This document shows positions 27,236 to 32,000 of a DNA stretch of 32,000 nt, one piece after another. The stretch spans positions 450,001 to 482,000 of the forward strand of contig NZ_CP019633.1 in the NCBI RefSeq assembly GCF_001997385.1. Direction: 5' to 3'. The notes beneath the pieces are model-generated. The model worked only from the letters and a program-made list of their open reading frames with translations. It did no database searches and was not told the origin of the DNA. The DNA is from Sedimentisphaera cyanobacteriorum (GTDB taxonomy: Bacteria > Planctomycetota > Phycisphaerae > Sedimentisphaerales > Sedimentisphaeraceae). Position 1 is the stretch's first letter, and each line of letters begins with the position of its first letter. Position numbers and translations under genes: made by a program.

Positions 27236-28237
27236 TTGGCAGATTTCAAACGAAACAGAAAACTCGAAACCACTATGTCCGCAGTTTGTCTTGGTATTAT
27301 CGCTGCTGCGGTACTGGGAGTTTTACTCAAGCAGAATGATTATGATATGTCCAGTTACGGCTTGAAGCCTTCTGCGGAAGAATCTTCTGGCCGGCAGGCA
27401 GATTCAGCAGGCCAAGCTGCACCTGCACAGGGGGACGTGCCGGAGGGATTTAAAATTTTCACTCCCGAAAAGACCTACACCGAAGAGACTCTCTACGAAA
27501 AGATAAACGGCAAGGCACCGCTCTATACCGATGCCGGATTTGAAAAGCTCAGCAGCACAAGATTTGCGATGAAGTCCAATCCTGAATTGTGGTTTGAGGC
27601 GAATGTGTATCATATGGCCGGCCTAGAGGCCGCGTTTTACGTCTTCAGCACTCAGCGCCGTCCTGAGGCGATATACAAAGGAATCGACAATCCGCTATGG
27701 GAATACCGTACTGAAAACGGCTATTTCGCATTTGCAGGCAGCAGGTATTTTGAATTCGTAGGCTCGAGTCAGTCTGAAGAGCTTGTTGCTGAAATGATAA
27801 AGGTCGGACGCAATATGGCCGGTTCGCCTGCTGATGAGCTGCCCGAAGCGGTTGCTTTTCTTCAAAACAGCGACGTCTTGGACAATAAAACTGTAAAGCT
27901 CAGCCTCGACAACACCTTCGGAGTTGAAGGGCTTAAAGACATATTGATTGCCAGTTCAGACGGTCGAATGCTCTTTTGGAGTAAGTGCTTAAGCAGAGAT
28001 GCCGCTGATCAAATGCTTAAGATATACGATTCTTTCCTCAGCAAAAACGGCTACAACCTTGCAGAAAAAGGCGAAAATTCAAGGACTTATGAATTTTTCG
28101 GCTTAAAGGAACACTTTTACGTTGACGGGGATGTATTTGCAGGCGTGCACGAGGTTGAGAACTTAGAGCCTGCCAAAGAAGACCTGCTCAGCTTAGTTGC
28201 TGCTGTTAAAGGAGAAACTGATGAAAATGCAGAATAG
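27236..28237 (+). CDS. Hypothetical N-terminally membrane-anchored, probably periplasmic protein (first gene of the redox operon)
   Basis: 333 aa. TTG start with AAGGGG 6 nt upstream. KRNRK followed by the TM MSAVCLGIIAAAVLGVLL, a low-complexity linker, then a globular domain (..LYEKINGKAPLYTDAGF..). Overlaps the next gene by 17 nt. Confidence 0.65.
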   Translation: MADFKRNRKLETTMSAVCLGIIAAAVLGVLLKQNDYDMSSYGLKPSAEESSGRQADSAGQAAPAQGDVPEGFKIFTPEKTYTEETLYEKINGKAPLYTDAGFEKLSSTRFAMKSNPELWFEANVYHMAGLEAAFYVFSTQRRPEAIYKGIDNPLWEYRTENGYFAFAGSRYFEFVGSSQSEELVAEMIKVGRNMAGSPADELPEAVAFLQNSDVLDNKTVKLSLDNTFGVEGLKDILIASSDGRMLFWSKCLSRDAADQMLKIYDSFLSKNGYNLAEKGENSRTYEFFGLKEHFYVDGDVFAGVHEVENLEPAKEDLLSLVAAVKGETDENAE

Positions 28238-29189
28238 ACGGGAATTTGTTTGGAATGCTGCCAGAGCTGGAACTTTGGCCGCCCTTACTGCAGGAGCTGC
28301 TGGGCTGTATTCCGCTTCAGACGGCCAGAAGGAAACAGAGAACGGCTTTTCGATGCCTGATTTTTCGGCAGAAAGAATCGACGGCAAAACTATTGCCTCA
28401 GTTTCGGGCTCTTCAAGGCCTGAGATGGCAAGAAAAGCATTAGGTATGCTTGGGGGTATGGAGCGATTTGTTGAGAAAGGTGATGTTGTGGCGCTCAAGC
28501 CCAACGTGGCGTTCGCTTCGCCCGAATCTCTCGGTGCAACAACAAGCCCCGATCTGGTTTACGAGCTTTCGAAGATGTGTTTCGAGGCAGGGGCAAAAGA
28601 GGTTCTGGTGTTTGACAACCCTATAAACAGCCCTCAAAGCTGCTTTATGATTAGCGGGATAAGCAAAGCTGCCGAAAGGGCGGGGGCGAAGGTTATAATT
28701 CCCTCAGATTCGATGTTTTCAAAATACACGCTTTCCGGAGGCGGGCTGATAGTGGATTGGCCTCTATTTAATGATCCGCTGAAAAAGGCTGATAAGCTGA
28801 TTGGAGCTGCTCCTGTAAAAGACCACCATCGAAGCGGGGCATCAATGACTATGAAAAACTGGTACGGCCTGCTCGGCGGCCGCAGAAACATATTCCATCA
28901 AGATATAAACGGAATCATCAAAGAGCTTGCTGTTATGGTCAAGCCAACTTTAGTGGTTCTTGACGGGGTAATAACGATGATGCGAAACGGCCCCACAGGC
29001 GGGAGCCTCTCAGACCTAAAAGAAACGAATACGCTTATAGCGAGCACGGATATGCTCGCCGCAGATACGCTCGGCTCAGCGCTTCTTGATAGAAAGCCTG
29101 AATCGCTGCCTTATCTTGCGATGGCTCAGGATGCAGGAGTTGGAACTATGGATTTGAACAAGGCAGCTCTTATGGAGGCGAAGCTATGA
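28221..29189 (+). CDS. Tat-exported DUF362-family protein
   Basis: AGGAG, then ATG 28221. Twin-arginine leader MKMQNRREFVWNAARAGTLAALTAGAAGLYSA. Body ..VVALKPNV.. / ..DHHRSGASMTMKNWYG.. / ..VLDGV.. resembles DUF362 (COG2006) by recollection. The ORF-track TTG 28197 start is an extension. Confidence 0.7.
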   Translation: MKMQNRREFVWNAARAGTLAALTAGAAGLYSASDGQKETENGFSMPDFSAERIDGKTIASVSGSSRPEMARKALGMLGGMERFVEKGDVVALKPNVAFASPESLGATTSPDLVYELSKMCFEAGAKEVLVFDNPINSPQSCFMISGISKAAERAGAKVIIPSDSMFSKYTLSGGGLIVDWPLFNDPLKKADKLIGAAPVKDHHRSGASMTMKNWYGLLGGRRNIFHQDINGIIKELAVMVKPTLVVLDGVITMMRNGPTGGSLSDLKETNTLIASTDMLAADTLGSALLDRKPESLPYLAMAQDAGVGTMDLNKAALMEAKL

Positions 29190-30916
29190 AGATTACAACC
29201 GCAAGGAAGGTATCTCAGGCAGTATTTCTGCTTCTTTTTATATGGCTTTCGATTACCATTCAGCTCGGAACAGCATTTTATGAGATCAGAGGCTGGCCGG
29301 TAAACCTTTTCCTCGGGGCAGACCCGCTTGCTGCGGTAAGCACGGCTTTGGCCTCTGGCAGCCTTCATGCAGGTTTAATAACAGGTGGAATAATACTTAT
29401 TGCCACTGTTTTTCTCGGCCGGTTTTTCTGCGGATGGATTTGCCCGTTCGGGGCTTTCCATCAGATTGTAAGCTGGCTCTCATGGCGAGGCCGCAAGAGC
29501 TCAGAGCTGCTCAAAGCAAACGAATACAGCAGGTTTCAGGCTGTTAAGTACTACGTACTGCTGATTTTCCTCGGCGCTGCGGTTACGGGGCTCTCAAGCA
29601 CACTGCTTACAGGCCTCTTAGACCCGATACCCCTTTTCCACAGGTCTGTGAATATCGCTGTTATGCCGATTGCAGATTATATCGGCTCAGGCGATTTCAC
29701 GCGGCATTACGAATTCGGCCTCGGGATATTCGCTGTTTTTGCTGCATTTACGCTTTTGAATATTATTCGTCCGCGTTTTTTCTGCAAATTCGTTTGCCCG
29801 CTGGGTGCGCTGCTGGGAATCTTCAGCAGATTCAGTCTTTTCAGGGTGGCAAAGGTGCAGGATGAATGCAGGATGTGCGGGCTGTGCAACAAAACCTGCC
29901 ACGGCTCTGCAACCCCGAAAACCGCCACTAAGCTGAGCGAATGTATGCTCTGTTTCAACTGCCGTGAGGTTTGTCCGGATGAGGTGGTCGGGTATATGCC
30001 AGCAGGCAGCTGCAAAACTGAATCAAAGCCGGATATCTCTCGCCGCGGAGTTCTGCTGTCTTTTGCAGCAGGCGGGGCGGGGTCTTATGTTGTAAAAGCG
30101 GCGGACAAATCAAGCGGGAGCAACTGGGACAGCTCGATTATCCGTCCGCCGGGGTCGCTCAAAGAGGAGGATTTCCTCCAGCGATGCATAAAATGCGGAC
30201 AGTGCATAAGGGTATGCCCGTCGAATGTTCTCCAGCCTGCCCCGATAGCGAAGGGGCTTGAGGTGATGTGGACGCCGTTATTGAACAACAAAATCGGTAC
30301 GAGCGGATGCCAGCAGAACTGCACAAGCTGCGGAGCGGTTTGCCCAACAGGTGCCATAAAACACCTTACTCTCGACGAAAAACACGGCACTGGTGAATAT
30401 GCAGATAAGGGGCCTGTCAAACTTGGAACAGCTTTTGTTGACCGTTCCCGCTGCCTGCCATGGGCGATGAACAAGCCCTGCATCGTTTGTCAGGAGAACT
30501 GCCCTGTGAGCCCGAAGGCTATTTACACTATTGATGTGTATGAGCGTGTAAGAAATTATTCATACCATCTTGAAAGCGTAGAGGTTTCCGGGGGCGAGAG
30601 CTCTTTGCAATCGGCTTCGGATATCAGCTCCGCTTATGCAACAGGCGATTATTACATTTCCGCAGGTGAGGAGAAATTCAGAATTAAGTCTATTCAGGGC
30701 AGAACTGTTACAGTGGAGGGTGAAATTACCAATCCCAATGAGGTAGATAAAATGGAGGTTTTAGCCCATCTCCAGAGGCCTGCAGTAGAGATAGACAGGT
30801 GCATTGGCTGCGGTATATGCGAACATGAGTGTCCGGTAAGCGGTAAAAGGGCAATAAGGGTTACTGCTGAGGGCGAATCCAGAGATCCGGAAAGCAGGCT
30901 TGTTCTCGGTTCATGA
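29186..30916 (+). CDS. Membrane polyferredoxin: NapH-like integral-membrane half fused to a NapG-like 4x[4Fe-4S] half
   Basis: 576 aa. ATGA overlap with the upstream stop. Four TM segments with CGWICPFG and CKFVCPLG motifs, then CRMCGLCNKTC and CMLCFNCREVCP (NapH pattern). Next comes ISRRGVLLSFAAGGAGSYVV and IIRPPGSLKEEDFLQRCIKCGQCIRVCP plus three more Cys clusters, collinear with E. coli NapG as I remember it. Confidence 0.8.
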   Translation: MKITTARKVSQAVFLLLFIWLSITIQLGTAFYEIRGWPVNLFLGADPLAAVSTALASGSLHAGLITGGIILIATVFLGRFFCGWICPFGAFHQIVSWLSWRGRKSSELLKANEYSRFQAVKYYVLLIFLGAAVTGLSSTLLTGLLDPIPLFHRSVNIAVMPIADYIGSGDFTRHYEFGLGIFAVFAAFTLLNIIRPRFFCKFVCPLGALLGIFSRFSLFRVAKVQDECRMCGLCNKTCHGSATPKTATKLSECMLCFNCREVCPDEVVGYMPAGSCKTESKPDISRRGVLLSFAAGGAGSYVVKAADKSSGSNWDSSIIRPPGSLKEEDFLQRCIKCGQCIRVCPSNVLQPAPIAKGLEVMWTPLLNNKIGTSGCQQNCTSCGAVCPTGAIKHLTLDEKHGTGEYADKGPVKLGTAFVDRSRCLPWAMNKPCIVCQENCPVSPKAIYTIDVYERVRNYSYHLESVEVSGGESSLQSASDISSAYATGDYYISAGEEKFRIKSIQGRTVTVEGEITNPNEVDKMEVLAHLQRPAVEIDRCIGCGICEHECPVSGKRAIRVTAEGESRDPESRLVLGS

Positions 30917-31005
30917 GCTTGTCAAAATAACGAAAGATTCCTAAAGCCCATACGAGTCTGGTGACTTTAGTAATACTATACTAACTTTTTCAGGGGAAAC
31001 ATATT

Positions 31006-32000
31006 ATGACAGATTTTAACAGAAGAAATTTCATCAAGGCAGTTGGTGCTGCCGGCGTAGCAGGCACTTCTTATAAGGTGTATGCTGAGCCGAAAGACAA
31101 AAAAGAATGCGAAAAAAAGGGTGAAGAAAAGAAAAGTCCCGTTCTCCAAAGAACCCTCGGCAAAACAGGGCTCAAAGTTCCAACTTTGGCTCCCGGAATT
31201 ATGTACAATGCCGTAAATAATCAATCTGTTCTGCTGGCCTCTGCTATGAAGGGCGCAACCTACTGGGATACCGCCCATGGATACGCAGGCGGGAACAGCG
31301 AGCTTGGCATCGGTAAATTCTTTGAGAGAAAGCCGGAACTGAGAAAGAAGATCATTATTGCAACGAAGGCCTCGGGAGCAAGTGATAATGCCGGACGAGA
31401 CAATCGCCTTGAAACTTCCTTCAAGCGTATGAACACAGACTATATCGATATCTACTACGGCATACACGCTATGTCCCGCCCCGAACAGCTCACCGATGAA
31501 CTCAAGGAATGGGCTCAGAAGGCCAAGGAAGAAAAGAAAATCAAATTCTTCGGGATCACTACCCACAGAAATATCGAAGAGTGCCTACACGCCTGCGCAG
31601 AGTCGGGTTATATTGATGCGGTAATGTGCAGCTACAATTTCAAGCTTATGCAGCAGGATAAGATGAATAAGGCTGTTGAAGCGGCAAACAAGGCCGGCAT
31701 TGGGCTTGTGGCTATGAAGGTGATGGCGAGAAACGCAGATATTGAAAAGGATGATGATAAAAAGGTTGCTATGCAATTCCTCGAGAAAGGAATGACTCCC
31801 GCGCAGGCAAAGATTAAAGCCATACTTTCAGACGACCGTTTCGCTTCAGCTTGTGTTGGTATGAAGAGCGTTAGGGAATTCAGCGAGAATCTCAAGGCTG
31901 TTCTAAGGGATGAAAAGCTTTCTTTCAGCGATCATCAAAAGCTTGGCGAAATTGCAAAAGCAAATTGCGACGGATACTGCGCAGGCTGTTCTGAGATCTG
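31006..32000 (+). CDS. Tat-exported aldo/keto reductase, 3'-partial (runs off the window), not listed in the ORF track
   Basis: ATG 31006 preceded by GGGGA. Leader MTDFNRRNFIKAVGAAGVAGTSYKVYA. AKR motifs ..LGKTGLKVP.., ..WDTAHGYAGGNSELGIG.., ..IIIATK.., ..TDYIDIYYGIHA... Open frame with no stop to position 32000. C-x3-C-x2-C at 31966-31989. Confidence 0.85.
   Translation, partial: MTDFNRRNFIKAVGAAGVAGTSYKVYAEPKDKKECEKKGEEKKSPVLQRTLGKTGLKVPTLAPGIMYNAVNNQSVLLASAMKGATYWDTAHGYAGGNSELGIGKFFERKPELRKKIIIATKASGASDNAGRDNRLETSFKRMNTDYIDIYYGIHAMSRPEQLTDELKEWAQKAKEEKKIKFFGITTHRNIEECLHACAESGYIDAVMCSYNFKLMQQDKMNKAVEAANKAGIGLVAMKVMARNADIEKDDDKKVAMQFLEKGMTPAQAKIKAILSDDRFASACVGMKSVREFSENLKAVLRDEKLSFSDHQKLGEIAKANCDGYCAGCSEI

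Noticed and set aside
30976-31895. Minus-strand ORFs 30976-31566, 31585-31776 and 31632-31895
   Set aside because: They are antisense to an open-ended plus-strand frame that encodes a convincing Tat-AKR. Their products are low-complexity.
1-32000. Visual scan for tRNA, rRNA, CRISPR arrays, integrases, toxin-antitoxin pairs and known defence genes
   Set aside because: No cloverleaf-compatible segments, regularly spaced repeats or recognisable defence or phage proteins were seen. A computational scan (tRNAscan-SE, Infernal/Rfam, CRISPR finders, DefenseFinder/PADLOC) would be needed to exclude them formally.

Overview
This is a chromosomal window from a diderm, LPS-making bacterium. The protein styles (single C-terminal dockerin-like tags, a Tat-exported aldo/keto reductase, an lpxC-fabZ fusion, secreted glycan-related enzymes) remind me of anaerobic PVC/Planctomycetota-type genomes, but taxonomy cannot be established from here. 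Content in order: (1) 1-8.6 kb is an accessory-looking block of secreted proteins. It holds two tandem ~680-codon paralogues, each with five PPC-like beta-sandwich modules and a C-terminal EF-hand/dockerin-like tag, and both are inactivated. Paralogue 1 is split by a 1533-bp IS5-family element with 16-bp imperfect inverted repeats and a 4-bp ATTT target duplication. Paralogue 2 carries an in-frame TAA. An intact secreted parallel beta-helix protein with the same tag follows. (2) trmO and an AEC-family transporter lie on the minus strand. (3) A ~1150-aa MscK-type mechanosensitive channel. (4) A lipid A operon: ompH/skp-like, lpxD, lpxC::fabZ, lpxA, then a Gfo/Idh/MocA oxidoreductase. (5) A sensor kinase (periplasmic SBP domain-PAS-GAF-PAS-HisKA-HATPase) and a CheY-like single-domain regulator, transcribed divergently from two fully overlapping promoters inside one 33-bp palindrome. 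(6) A two-gene minus-strand operon: a stand-alone CarH-type B12-binding protein (Wx9EH and ExHxxG signatures) plus an unknown 146-aa helical protein. (7) A secreted LacZ-type GH2 enzyme. (8) A tightly coupled operon of a membrane-anchored unknown protein, a Tat-exported DUF362 protein and a NapH-NapG fusion polyferredoxin with an internal twin-arginine segment. It is followed by a Tat-exported aldo/keto reductase that runs off the window and is missing from the supplied ORF track. I saw no tRNA, rRNA, CRISPR array or recognisable phage/defence genes by eye. Blocks (8) and (6) look the most novel. All domain calls rest on motif recognition by eye, not on database searches.
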